From contig SMSO01000032.1 in the NCBI GenBank assembly GCA_004764695.1, positions 6,728,483 through 6,792,482 on the forward strand: DNA of 64,000 nucleotides. Reading direction: 5' to 3'. The translations under genes were made by a program, and so were the position numbers. The notes below the pieces were generated by a model. The model saw only the letters and a program-made list of their open reading frames with translations, was not told the origin of the DNA and made no database searches. This DNA is from Schizochytrium sp. TIO01. Its lineage: Eukaryota; Protista; Bigyra: Labyrinthulomycetes. Shown in pieces: positions 1-11,608 of this stretch. Position 1 is the stretch's first letter, and the number at the start of each line of letters is the position of its first letter.

Positions 1-1014
1 TACACAAAATGTTAAAATGTTTACGTTGGTCCATCGTTTCATGACTTGCTTCAAAAGCTGCGTGCGCTCATGGGAAAAGATAAAAGAGGCCTATCTCGAA
101 CTCAATGTACAACTATCCTAGTAAATGCATGCTTAACTTCGTTTAAAAGAAAAGAAAAGGAAAATGATGTAGGTTAAGTCCCGGCAGATAAACGCACGAT
201 GGGATTTTCTTGGCTGTTTTCAAACAGCAAATGATAATAGTGATTTAATCACGAACAAACCTATGAAAAATGAAGATATGAAAAATGAAAAGTTCCTCCA
301 AATACATAATCAATTCTATTGGGTAGAGACCCTGTCGAAATACAAGTGAAATTCATATAACAAGGTGACTGGTAACAATGCCCTGATAGAACATTGATAC
401 GATCTGGCAGAATTATAATTCTTTGTGGCGTAAATTTGCCTATACAGTATAGTGGAGTGGAAACATTTATTCTCTAACGCCCACAATGTGTTTGATCATT
501 TTGATATGATCGCGCAAAATGTATTCCTTAACTGCAAACTTGCCATCGTGCAATGTTGAACGACAACTTGCAAATCCCCTCCATTATTCTACTCTATACC
601 TCCAGCCAGCCAACTCGACTATTTTTTCCATAGCCCTTGCTCGAACTTGAAATCCCTTTTTCGTCTTCTTAACTGTATCTCCTCGACTCCTGTGATTTCT
701 TCACTAGCAGTTACCCTCAATTTTCTTGCCCTGCTACAGCTTGAGTTCAACCCATGTATCCCAATCCTGCGTTTTCCAAATGTGGTAGGTTGTAGAACTA
801 AATTTCTTGACTTGCTTTACTATTTATTACCTAGGTACTTACTAGTGTTTCAAGCAAGGATAGAATTGGGTTGCTGCCAATATTCTTACCATAAAATTTC
901 TCCTCTTCTCTAATTTATTTTTGCCCATCAAGAGTCCGAATCGCAGTCAAAACCAGGTTCGCCAAGTCTAGGCCCGCAGGTCTAGTGATTGGTGATTGGC
1001 GAGCTGCCTTTGCG

Positions 1015-2886
1015 ATGAGCTTGCTGACGCTGAAGGACCCGTTTGCGAGCGACTTCCCGAGCTTTTTGGAGGAGTCGCTGCAGGCGCCGCTCGCATTCCG
1101 CGCGCTGCCGCCGCCGCCACAGCCCGATGGTCCCCCCAAGCGCGGGCGAAAGCGTGTGCGAAAAGACGCTTTACCATACGAAGTGAGCCTGTGTGCCACA
1201 TTTAGTGGAGCAGGATCGTATGTTACCACCGGAATGATGCGATCTGGCTTCGTGGCGGTGCGGGACCTCATGACAAGACACGTCCTTTTAGCGCAACAGT
1301 GTCATGAAGACAGCGTCAACTCCGTTGCGTATGTCCCGCAACAACGAAGTAAATTACTGGTTACTTGCAGCTCAAATGGTGAGTTCGCAATCTTTGACAT
1401 GGATGGCTTTAAGCGCCGCATCAGGTGGCGCCAAGCTCTGCCTGTAATGAGAGCAACAGTCAGCAAACCACTAGAACCAGCTGAAGAAATGCATGTGGAC
1501 GCTCAAGAAAGTGAGCAGCATAATAATGAAAAAGCTTCTAATGATCTGGATCCAAAAGTTAAAGATACCGAAAACAGCGAATCTAAGGAGGACGATTTTG
1601 AGATAGGAAAGTCGAAGAATGAAGACTCTAAAAATGAAGACGTCAAAATGGAAGACTCCGAGAAAGGAGAGTTGAAGAATGAGGACTCAAAGAATGAGGC
1701 CTCAAAGAATGAGGCCTCAAAGAATGAGGCCTCAAAGAATGAGGGCGAAAAATTGGAAGACTCTAGGAATATTGATGTGACTGCCGATGGCAAACCTTCA
1801 TCCACTGGAGCTGCAACTACAAACGCAAGTGAAAATAACCCTAAAGGAGAGCTAGAGAAAAAGTTGAAAGAAGTTGTCGAAATCCCGAATTCTTCTTCTG
1901 CTTCGTCTTCTTCTCCCAAAGAGGGGCCGGCATCTCAGAAAGTCTTAGCTCCTGGGGGGCAATTTGTATTGCTATGCCGTGCACTGCCGTCGCCTCAGGA
2001 GGATAAAGAGGCTGCAGACAATACTGAGGGTAGTAAATTGTTTGCGAGTTCGGTGCCATGGCCACTATTAGCACATGTAGATCTGAAATCAATGAAGCTT
2101 GGGGAGTTCAAGGAGCTCTCATGGCCATTAGAAGCTGGAGACAAAGCACCGAAGGCAATGGTAGCAGCTTTTAGCGCCGAGGGTGACTATGTTTATGTTG
2201 GTGGCGCAGGCGGTGCTGTACACATTTTCAGCACCCGAACTGGCAGGCTGGTGGGCACTGAACGGCCCTTGGCACACGCCAAGCGGTCTGGCTGGATCAA
2301 ACGCATTGTCAGCTCCAAAGCACGAATTGTGCTTGCTCAGACTAGTGATAAGGTCATTCATATGATACGGGCAGATGGGCCTAAACTCATGCATGTGCAG
2401 GATTTTCAAGATAGTGTGGAAAACATCAAATGGGCCTGCTGTGACGTCTCTCCAGACGGGGAGTACATTATTGCAGGGTGTGCTAATGGTCATGTTCTTC
2501 ATGTTTGGAACGTCTTAGGAAGGCACATGGCAAAACTTATGGCACCCGATCGAGGCCTAGTTCGTCAGGTCCTGTGGCATCCTCGTAGACCAATTGTTCT
2601 TTCATTGGGCCGTGATGGTCAGGTCTTGGTTTGGGCGACTCATAGATCTGAGAGTTGGACAGCGTTTGCACCTAATTTCGTCGAATTGGAGGAGAATGAA
2701 TCATACCATGAACGGGAGGACGAGTTTGATCGTAATCCACGTGAAGATGATGCTTCTGCACTTGCCAATGCGGCTAATCGTGGTAGACCTTCCGAAGATG
2801 ACCCTGTAGATCTTGTTTCGGTCCAAAGGGATGCGGATGACCTTGAGTCCGATGAGTTTGTGCTACCTCTCCGTATTGACGAATAA
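1015..2886 (+). CDS. RBBP5: RBBP5/Swd1 WD40 subunit of COMPASS/SET1 H3K4 methyltransferase complex
   Basis: First ATG at 1015 gives N-terminal MSLLTLKDPF; WD40 repeats; C-terminal signature ESWTAFAPNFVELEENESYHEREDEFD typical of RBBP5/Swd1; large charged low-complexity insertion. Confidence 0.9.
   Translation: MSLLTLKDPFASDFPSFLEESLQAPLAFRALPPPPQPDGPPKRGRKRVRKDALPYEVSLCATFSGAGSYVTTGMMRSGFVAVRDLMTRHVLLAQQCHEDSVNSVAYVPQQRSKLLVTCSSNGEFAIFDMDGFKRRIRWRQALPVMRATVSKPLEPAEEMHVDAQESEQHNNEKASNDLDPKVKDTENSESKEDDFEIGKSKNEDSKNEDVKMEDSEKGELKNEDSKNEASKNEASKNEASKNEGEKLEDSRNIDVTADGKPSSTGAATTNASENNPKGELEKKLKEVVEIPNSSSASSSSPKEGPASQKVLAPGGQFVLLCRALPSPQEDKEAADNTEGSKLFASSVPWPLLAHVDLKSMKLGEFKELSWPLEAGDKAPKAMVAAFSAEGDYVYVGGAGGAVHIFSTRTGRLVGTERPLAHAKRSGWIKRIVSSKARIVLAQTSDKVIHMIRADGPKLMHVQDFQDSVENIKWACCDVSPDGEYIIAGCANGHVLHVWNVLGRHMAKLMAPDRGLVRQVLWHPRRPIVLSLGRDGQVLVWATHRSESWTAFAPNFVELEENESYHEREDEFDRNPREDDASALANAANRGRPSEDDPVDLVSVQRDADDLESDEFVLPLRIDE
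1675..1743 (+). repeat. 15-bp coding tandem repeat (KNEAS units) inside RBBP5 insertion
   Basis: aagaatgagg(a/c)ctca, 4 full copies plus a partial fifth. Confidence 0.95.
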
Positions 2887-3233
2887 AAGTTTATAGATAT
2901 ACTCTGCCGTAGATTTTCTCCTGTTGGACCCACATGCACATCATGTGGAAACGAAAACTATAATCTTGGGTTGTGTGTTGTCACAAAATCACAACAAAAC
3001 CTAAGATACAAGCGCCAAGCTCGAGAGAGCTCGCGAGATAGACAAGCTACAAACTAGAGGACAAGATATTTATGCACAAGAAAAGTACGCGTTGATGCAA
3101 GCTGAGAACTGATAGATTTTTCATTTTTATTTTTTTCTTAAAAGGTCAATAAGTACCTATCTAGTGTGTACATAGGTACACTAGTAGGCAGGTACTTTCT
3201 ACAGAAAAGACACAAACACGAATTAGCTGTGTC

Positions 3234-4286
3234 ATGCCAGTACCGTCAGGCCTCCTACGCGGGCTTCCGCGGGCACTAGCGACGCTACGGGCAGAGGCCT
3301 TTGTTGTAGGTAGTCGACCTGTAGCAGTGCACGTGGCGTGCTTATTGCGAGCTCACGGAGGCCGAGTCAACGCCGTGCAAGATGCTCGTGCTCCGCGCAG
3401 TATTGAAGACCTCTTCGTGCTTGCTGCCTCACGTGCTATCTCGCAGCTTACTATTACTTCCGGACGTAATGTACGTAGTGAAATTAACTCGCTCTCTTCG
3501 GAGATCTTACACCCGGACAACGATGCGCGCTTGGTACTACATGACCTTGAAAACCAAATTTCTGAGTTTGATAATCTCCAGGGTACCTCTGAAGACAACT
3601 TTAGCTCTCAAAGTGCAAAGTTAGGACATGAAAACCATAGAGGTATGCACGAAATATATGGAGGTGAGAGTTGGCATCGAGAAAACTTGAAGCAGAGAGT
3701 ATGGGCAGTATTGACAGCATCAGGTTCACTGCCATGGGGGGAGTCAAGGCTGATGCAAGAACTTGTGGAGCAACAACGTTTGGGTATCGTAGCATGCCCA
3801 CTGTTGCAGGTAGATAGTGTTGAAAGGGAGCTTGATGAGATTTGGGGATCGTCGTCAAGAGAAAGAGCATGCTTCAAGGTTGTAGGACTTGATGCACGGG
3901 ACTTGGACCTAGAACAAGCTATGCGGACCATTGCCGACGCAGTGCCCAGGAAACCGCCACGTGTAATTGGATTGGAGGCCGGGCCCAGCACAGCGCAGTT
4001 CTTCTGGCATGAATTTACTAAGAACAGGCTCGCGAAGGAAAAAATAGAACAGGAAGCAATTGATGAGGACATTCATCGAAAAAAGTACGGAAAATTATTC
4101 ATGTTCAGAAGAGCGCTCTTGGCAACTACATTTCAGGGTGAAGTACACGTGAAGCTACCACGGATTGATCCCCCAATCGATGTGGAGTCTATTTCTCAGC
4201 AGTGGGGGCTTGAAGAACGCTTCTCAGATGTCTGGGAGACATCGGATGGGCAGTGGACTGTAAGCTTGCGTGTCGAGTCAAATTAA
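3234..4286 (+). CDS. Hypothetical protein, possibly degenerate ThiF/E1-like Rossmann fold
   Basis: 350-aa ATG ORF; ALATLRAEAFVVGSRPVAVHVACLLRAHGG resembles the first beta-alpha unit of E1/ThiF proteins but lacks the GxGxxG glycines. Confidence 0.6.
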   Translation: MPVPSGLLRGLPRALATLRAEAFVVGSRPVAVHVACLLRAHGGRVNAVQDARAPRSIEDLFVLAASRAISQLTITSGRNVRSEINSLSSEILHPDNDARLVLHDLENQISEFDNLQGTSEDNFSSQSAKLGHENHRGMHEIYGGESWHRENLKQRVWAVLTASGSLPWGESRLMQELVEQQRLGIVACPLLQVDSVERELDEIWGSSSRERACFKVVGLDARDLDLEQAMRTIADAVPRKPPRVIGLEAGPSTAQFFWHEFTKNRLAKEKIEQEAIDEDIHRKKYGKLFMFRRALLATTFQGEVHVKLPRIDPPIDVESISQQWGLEERFSDVWETSDGQWTVSLRVESN

Positions 4287-4608
4287 AAAGAAAGATTCAA
4301 GGGGAGGAAATTTGGCAGGTCTGCCTTTGTTTGTGTTATGATACGTTGGCCAATCCCCTTCCCTTACCCAGGCTGTTTTCCCCTAAGAAGGCAGGGGCTC
4401 TAAATTAAAAAGGATGTGATCTTGTGTTGGTTATTTTCTGTGTTGTTACACTCTCATTCATGCCCTTGTTTGCATTTGTGTGTTTATTATTGTACCTTGG
4501 CTCAGTAGGGATGAATGGAGAAGTGCTATGTTTTTGCTTCCTGCTGGGGCTGAGAAATGATGTTGTTTAAATGCAGTGGAAAGATGCCCAAACTATTGAC
4601 ATCTCTTT

Positions 4609-5550
4609 TTAGTAGTGGCAGTGAAGCTGGCGACGAGAAGCGCGCAAAGCACGCTCGAAGTCATCCTCGTTATGGTCGATGGCAGCAGCTTGAAGAATAG
4701 CGGCCGCGGCGGTGAGAGCGTGATTAAATTCTCTCGGCTCTAAGGAGATGAAGCTCTCCTCGCTAATGCTCCGTACCCGTTGCTTACCGCGCGAATGAGG
4801 TTCACGCTCATCGACGGCAAAGGGGAATAGGAACTCATCTTCATCTTCATCAGGGGTCTTCTCTTCATCATCGGTAACGAAGCGAGTCAATTCATTGATA
4901 CTATCCTCATCATCATGGAGGTCAAAGTTAAGACCCGGGTGCGACGAAAGAGCGTGACGAAGATTGTATTCGCTGGCACTCAGGTAGCTACTACTACGAA
5001 AGCTGCTTCCCAAGCTGCTCGCGTGGCTGGAGCAGATACTCGAGCTGGCGATGTCCTCTTCATTATCATTTCCCTCTAGGCTAAGCTTCCCCTCGAAAAC
5101 ATCTTCATCTTCATCATTCTCTTCAAGATCATCAAAGTCAACGAAGTGAAGATTGCTCGAAGCGTGGTCATCCATGTCAAAGAACATGTCTCCAGCAGCA
5201 TCCACCTCTTCATTTTCTTGTGTGTTTTGCAGCTGCTGTTGCTGCTGGATAAAATTGTTATTCACAACAGGTGCAGCAGCATGAATTAGTGGGGTGGAGA
5301 CTACACTCTGTGTATTGTGGCAGTCTCCGTTAGTGCTGCTCAACGAGCCGCGGCGGCGCTGTTCAACCTTAGCAACCGCTGCAACACCGTTCATTTCGAG
5401 GTTTGAGGCGCTTGAGCCCCTACGCATTGGCGTCTGTGGTAGATGCGGATGAAGGAAGTGCTCAGTCAATTTACGCGAGGACCGAGTGGGAGCTCCGCCT
5501 CCCAGCGCGACCTCGCCATGCCGAGGCAAGCTTTGTCTCGCAAGCATCAT
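4609..5550 (-). CDS. Acidic, Ser-rich disordered protein (paralogue A) with C-terminal UIM-like helix
   Basis: 313-aa ATG ORF; poly-Q and acidic tracts; RRGS sites; C-terminal NEDDFERALRAS; N-terminal motif shared with 11024..11608. Confidence 0.8.
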   Translation of the reverse strand: MMLARQSLPRHGEVALGGGAPTRSSRKLTEHFLHPHLPQTPMRRGSSASNLEMNGVAAVAKVEQRRRGSLSSTNGDCHNTQSVVSTPLIHAAAPVVNNNFIQQQQQLQNTQENEEVDAAGDMFFDMDDHASSNLHFVDFDDLEENDEDEDVFEGKLSLEGNDNEEDIASSSICSSHASSLGSSFRSSSYLSASEYNLRHALSSHPGLNFDLHDDEDSINELTRFVTDDEEKTPDEDEDEFLFPFAVDEREPHSRGKQRVRSISEESFISLEPREFNHALTAAAAILQAAAIDHNEDDFERALRASRRQLHCHY

Positions 5551-6682
5551 GCTCTTTGGTCTGTGGTCCTTCGACGAATGCCTTCACGATAAAAGGTTCT
5601 GAAAGTTGTTTTCTCGCACGTGCGGAGTTCTCGTTTCTGATTTGCTAGTTCCCCTATTCCGTTCCACTCGCTGCTGCATGCAAGCGTTTGTTGTTTTATT
5701 GTATCCCGAAGACTGCCTCGTCCGAAGTTTGGGTTTTGCTGCTCCTGTCGTTCGAGCTTGCTGCAGGCGCTGGGACGCAAGTGATGGACGATACCGATTT
5801 GCCCTTGCTCTGGAACCTTCCACTACCTAATACGGGGAGGTTCGTGGAAGAAGAGATAACCAAAATGGCGGGCAGCAGTAGTGGAAGTCCAGTAGGAAGG
5901 AAGTCACCGGCTTACAGGGGCCGAGAGCAGTTACTTGGAGGAGGACCACTGTTCCAGCCTCAACTAACTCGTAGGTAGGTGCCTGCCTGCCTTCTCGGTA
6001 GTAGGCAACGAGTTACCTGCCTGCTTTGGTGCGCGAAAAGAAGGCGAATCCTCCACGAGGAGCTCTTCCTCCTCCAGTTCTTCTTACAGGAGCCGCACCT
6101 AGGTCTTGCCTTGCGAGGATTCGCTAGACTTGCGCGGCACTTCGAGCTTAGCTAGCTAGCTGGCTGATTGGCTGGCTGACTGACTGGCCAGCTTCGGGGT
6201 TGTCGAATCTGCAGGCTGCAGTAGTGGCTAGCTAGGTAGTGCTTGTTCTCTTCGTTTGACTCCCTCGCTTTGCCGCGAACTTTGAGATTCCCCACTCCCA
6301 GTACACCAACCTGTGAAAGCAGCTGCCGATGAGCTTACGCGTCTGCAGCGAATCTCAAGGCCCCGTCGCTGTGAAGATTAAAGATTCTCTTTCGAGTTCT
6401 CTGATTCTCTTCTCGATTCCTTCGACTCTCTCAGTTCCGGTTGTTATGGTTTTGCTGCTCCCGGCAGCTCTGCGAGGGATGGCCAACTCGAGGCTTTTGC
6501 TTGCTTGCTTGCTCAGCTCAATCTCCGCTGTAGGTTCGAGATTGGAATTAAGAACCCTCCCTGAAGTACGGTAGTAATGGTAGGCAAGCAGGTAGCTAGA
6601 CAGGTACTCTGCACCAAATAAATGATCACAGCCTCGTTTACAGAACCTGCCGGACGTCGAAAGCAGGGCCAGTGCGAATGTA

Positions 6683-6714
6683 GTATGTATGTATGTATGT
6701 ATGTAAGTATGTGT
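6683..6714 (+). repeat. (TATG)n microsatellite
   Basis: gtatgtatgtatgtatgtatgtaagtatgtgt read directly. Confidence 0.9.
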
Positions 6715-8418
6715 GCATGAATCTGCGTATGTGTATCCGTCGATTATCTGTCTGTCGTCAGTGTGTCTGTGTGTCAGCAGGCGGGCGAGTGTTCTACATC
6801 ACGCCGGCAACAAGAATCGAATCAGCTTGAAGGCCTTCAACGACGTTTGCGCCGAAGGCCTCGTTCACAGCCGTACATTTCTTTCTTACATGGACAATAG
6901 AGAAACGAGGATTCAAAGAAAGTGTCTCGTCGTGATTATGTCATGTCTCACGAAAATGTTTATTTGCAATGAAAACTTAAAGGAAAAGAAGGCTGGCTAG
7001 GCCTATATAGAACCTCTCGTAGAACTCGACAAACGTTCCTCTCCCTCCGAGTCTTTTCACGATGCTATTCATTTGTAAAACCATTTTAATTTTCTAAAGT
7101 AAATGAAAATAAAGATTAAGACTTCATGAAATACCAAGATGTCTCTAGCTAGAGTCTTCTTCGATTGCACTTGTTTTATAAATCGGTATTTGCTCAAGTT
7201 CAAAGTTGTAGTATTAGGTGCCTCCTCCTACCACCCAATACGATAAATTGCAGCTCTAAGCCCAAGCACAGCGTCCTTGTCTGCGTCCGTGTGGGACTCT
7301 CTTCCGAAGTGCTTCCGAGTCACGACATAGCGCTGTAAAAACTAAAAGACTTAGTTCCTCAAATGCTCTTCTTCACCACGCAGAACGTGAAGTTCACACC
7401 CCGAGGCGCATTCATTCGTGTGTAGGCAAGTAAGCAAAGTAAGCAAAAACCATGGTGATAGATTCATGGTGACACTCACTCTGCTTCTCATCGTGAGCGA
7501 GACGTATCTAGTGATTTGAGGGAATCTCTCAGGCATCTTTTGCGTCAAGTTTGTCACGTCCACCCTAAACTGTTCCCTCGTCGCACCAAGATTCGACAGA
7601 TTCCTTCTCTTGTTCTCTTCACAGTGCGCAAATCCTCAATTTTCATCTCAACTTTTGCGACTTAAAAGACCAAATAAAACACAGTTCACTTCTTCCCATC
7701 TAGTCAGTGATAGGGAGGCCCTGCTCTTCTACTTGCCGTGAGTTTTGATGGTGCTTGAAAAGAAACTAGCTACTTCTACCTTATGTGTTAGGTGGGTGCT
7801 AGGTACCAACTTTTTAAAAATTTAAAATTTTAATTAAATATTTTAATTCCACCAAAAGAAGAAGAGGAAGTTGAAGAGATTCTTTTATTCTCTCTCTTTT
7901 CTTGCCTTTCAATTCACTGTTCTGCGAATGAATAGAATAGCACAGGTAGAAAGTTTCTTCAGTGCCAGAACGTCTCACCGTTGCTGAAGCGTGCGATGGC
8001 GGGTCTGTGAGGTGCCAATGTCGTTCAATGTCATCGATCACAGACCCTCTGTAACTGGGGCGCTCGAGTTTGCGGGAGTGGTGTATGAGCGAAAGAATGG
8101 GCAAATCTTCACATAGCATTAAAGCCAAGTTATAACGGAGAGAGGTGCAATGTGAAGCAATGTAATACGAACTTGAACTTGATTGAGCTACTAGTTGGAG
8201 TAATCGGCTAATTTGTGGATGAGCGAGTGAGGGGCTGAGGGTCATGGCGCTGAGAAATTGCTCTGTAAGTAATGAAGGATGATAACACATGAAAAAAAGA
8301 AGAAGAAAAGAAAGTCAGAGAGACCAGAGTTTCTTTGCGTGTGAGGTTCTCTGCGCGTTCTTTTGCTCTGACTATTAGGTGGGTAGCCAAATCTAGAGCT
8401 TTTCATCTTGAACTAATC

Positions 8419-8531
8419 ATCGTCCTCTAAACTTCATATGATAATAATCATCATCTAGACATCATCGTCATCTAAATGCTATCATCATCTAAACACTATC
8501 ATAATCTGAACAACATCGTCATCTAAACACC
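8419..8531 (+). repeat. Degenerate 17-bp minisatellite (consensus ATCRTCATCTAAACACY)
   Basis: Five contiguous 17-nt units at 8447, 8464, 8481, 8498, 8515 plus one separated unit at 8419. Confidence 0.85.
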
Positions 8532-11023
8532 GTGAATAGTTTTGATTGCTGTTGACAAGTCAGTCAGATCTTAGTCACCCAGCCGGTCGGTCAGTCAGTC
8601 AGCAAATTGGTCGGTGGCAGCGCTTTTGTTCATTCACTGTTCTCTCGTTCCTCTCTTCAGCCAGACGGTCGTTCTTTTCATTCCCAATTCGTCCGCTGAC
8701 CAATGAGGCACTCTCCTGAAAGAAAGCGCCAGTGGATAATCGGTTGATTTGTTCCCCTCACGAATGAAGATGAACCTTAAGGGACCTGGTCAGTCTGTGA
8801 CGAATTGAATCAATGAATGGCTTCTCTTTGCACCAACTAGTAGCTAGCTAGCTACCTACATATCTAAGATAAGACTCCGGAGTTTTGTTTGCATGTCTTT
8901 GTGTCTTCGCGTATGTCTTTGCGTACCATGCCTATTACTGCCTGGTAAGAAGAGGTGCTGCTGGCGCTTGGCAAATTGGTGCAAGAACGTACGAGCACTA
9001 CTGAAATCGAAAAAATAAACTTGGCTCGTCGAAGCAAACGGCCTCTTCTAGTTTGGCGGGGTCCGATGGAATTGCCATCGTTGTGATTCTATAACTGGAG
9101 ATGCGACCATGCACACGGTGCAGCAGAAGAGCGTAATAACACTCTCTGAGACAAGTCTTCGAAACGATAGTCAAAGCTTGGTATTTTTCACTAAACGCCC
9201 GGCAGAAGGGGACTGACAGACTGACTCGATGGGCTATAAGCTGCGGTGCGATCAACAAGGATCTTTTGAGGGAAATCAATCGTTTGCGTGCCTGATCGAC
9301 GAGTGATAAATATGATCACAGAGTACAAATGTACTATTAGACTTTTAGTGCAGTTTAGTTTGGTTTGTGTAGCTAGAATTAGTTTGTTTTGATAAGTTTG
9401 ATTGTATTTGATTTGATTTGTTTGGCTTGGTTTTGTTTTAGTTTGGATTGAATTTGCGCGATGCAATGTGATGTGGTCTCGCAATCCAAAAGTTAGCGCG
9501 GGCCTTCTTGAAGATGGTGGCGCGGCTTATCCTCATCTGGCCTCGCCTACAGGAACTGGCGTAGGCAAGTTCTGCAAGATAGAATTCGACAAAGGGCTTC
9601 TTCGCTCACGGTCTGTCGTCTCCCCGTGCAACACACACTTTCACAGTGCACACACACACAGAAATAGAATTTCAGACTTCAGACATCGAGTAGATTTCAC
9701 AGATCAAGATCACTCGAGTCCAAGTCAATGCCAAAGAGCGCGGTAGGTAGATCACCGATGGAGAGAAACGAGTGTGCACAATAGTGAATAGATGGATGAA
9801 CGAATGAATGAATGACCTGGCAGGGCAGGCGAGGGCGATTGGAGAGGCCTGGGGTGCTGTCGTAAAAGCAGGCAACAAAGAACCGCCGCGTTCCGCGGCG
9901 AAGCGCGGACGCTTCTTGGTCAACCACGAATCAATGCCTTTGTCGGCTCCCTTCCATCTCGTGCTTTCTTCCCATCACCCCGGTCATCTTCGTCTCCCTG
10001 TTTCAATCGCAGTTCTTTTTTCTTTTCTCTGTTTGTAGCGTAACAGCCTTCTTCTTCCTTTGGCTTTGCTGCGTTCTGCCCCATCATCATTGATCACCAC
10101 AAATCTTGCCTTAACAGCAAAGCGAGACCACTACGGCTGACGATCTCTTGGTGGCCACAAGCGAGGGAAGCTGTTGCCCCGGCGGCATTCAAGCCAAAGA
10201 GATAATTCATTCATAAAGGCTTCGAACTTGTGCTGTGTGTTCTTCTTTGGGGTAAGGAATGGCCATCCTTGTTTTCAACTGGGTGTGCGAGAGAAAGAGC
10301 AAAAAAGTCCATCTGGGTTGGACCTGGCATTGAAGCAGACTTTTGACTTGAACAGGAACGTGGGATACGCACAATGCGGTGGTGACGAAGATTTCTGAGA
10401 AATTGTGCAAACATGAAGAGCGGGAGCTCTTCACAGGCAGGTTCGTGGCGCTTGGTTGAATGGTTGGTCTGCAAAAGTAGAGAACAGCACATTGGAGGTG
10501 GCGAAGCGCAGTTGCACGGGGTAGAAGTAGTAGGAATTGGCGAACTTGGAGGAGCGATTCCACTGTGGGCGCACGGGATAACGGGAGCAGCCACGCTTTG
10601 GGAACCAAGCTAGACTGCAAATTTGGAATACGCGAGCGATTCGGAGGAGGAATGTAGAGAAATATGATAGCGGCACCAAAGGGACGCGCTTGGCCAACCC
10701 TCGCTAAGGGTGGCTTCCATAATAGTTTCTCATAGACTTTCTTGGGAAAACTTGGATCGCGAAATCTTGAAAGAACTTGAAGCAGAGTTGTCGATTGCGC
10801 AATGTAGTTGCAAAAATTAAAAATGTAGACTTGAAGGCTGCTCCAACGCGGCGAGCGGCAGAGCTTTCCCCTGGTGTCAAAAATTGGGCCCTCAAATTTA
10901 GGCAAATGCTTGTCTGTGAAGACAGGAAGAGTTATTTGAAAGACCATGCAATTGAAGAGGCGCCAGGCAGGCGATCTTGCTGTTGCCATTTCGTTTCTTC
11001 CTTTTCTTGCTTTTTCTTCTTTC

Positions 11024-11608
11024 TCAGTAAAAGAGGTTTGCGCTGCTGTCCGCCCGGGTGCTGCGCATTGGCATCTTCAGCTGCGTGAAATCGAGCGAGG
11101 AAGAAATCGAGGCCGAAGTCGAGGCCGGCGAGGTCGCGAGCGGCGGCAAGAGACTGCTGCTACTCGTATCGTTGCTGCGGCTCCCGCCGTCCATAACAAA
11201 CCTGCGCTGCAGTGCTGTCTCGAAGTCTGGAAGACTCGGTGGCAGCAGCTCTGTGAATCCGCCGTATACTGGTAAGGAAGCTTGACTTGTGTTATCCAAG
11301 CCGCCAACGCTCAAATCACTTGAGCTGATGTGGACATCAGTATATATCATGTTGCGGTCACTCATGTCGCTAGCGTTTTCCTGGCCATCCTCGAACTCGA
11401 AAAAGGGGCCAAGGTCAGTTTCGACCAGGCTGTTTTCGCGCTTGAGAACAATTGGTGGCACCTGCTGCAGTCTGGAGACAGGGCTGGCGTCGCGTCCGCG
11501 CTGCTTTGCACGAAGGATCCGCATTGTGAGCTTATTTGCAGACCGAGTCCACGCGCCACCCACGACCAGGGAAGTGCTGGGCATCGGGACCTTACGTTCC
11601 TGCTTCAT
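11024..11608 (-). CDS. Ser-rich disordered protein (paralogue B); ORF can extend to ATG at 11689
   Basis: Open frame 11024..11689; from the Met at 11608 it aligns without gaps to the N-terminus of 4609..5547 (M, P8, GGA17-19, TRS21-23, KLT26-28, L32), which supports real coding. Confidence 0.7.
   Translation of the reverse strand: MKQERKVPMPSTSLVVGGAWTRSANKLTMRILRAKQRGRDASPVSRLQQVPPIVLKRENSLVETDLGPFFEFEDGQENASDMSDRNMIYTDVHISSSDLSVGGLDNTSQASLPVYGGFTELLPPSLPDFETALQRRFVMDGGSRSNDTSSSSLLPPLATSPASTSASISSSLDFTQLKMPMRSTRADSSANLFY

Noticed and set aside
1-913. AT-rich start of window and 88-aa ORF 647..913
   Set aside because: The frame I translated has stops at about random frequency, with no recognisable motif; TTG start; likely intergenic or promoter DNA.
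9345-9450. TTTAG/TTTGG-like pentamer run as interstitial telomere
   Set aside because: Too degenerate, with no consistent telomeric unit; treated as low-complexity sequence.
10207-10989. 260-aa minus-strand ORF downstream of paralogue B
   Set aside because: No recognisable motif or protein-like composition; more likely 3' UTR. Not excluded without RNA data.
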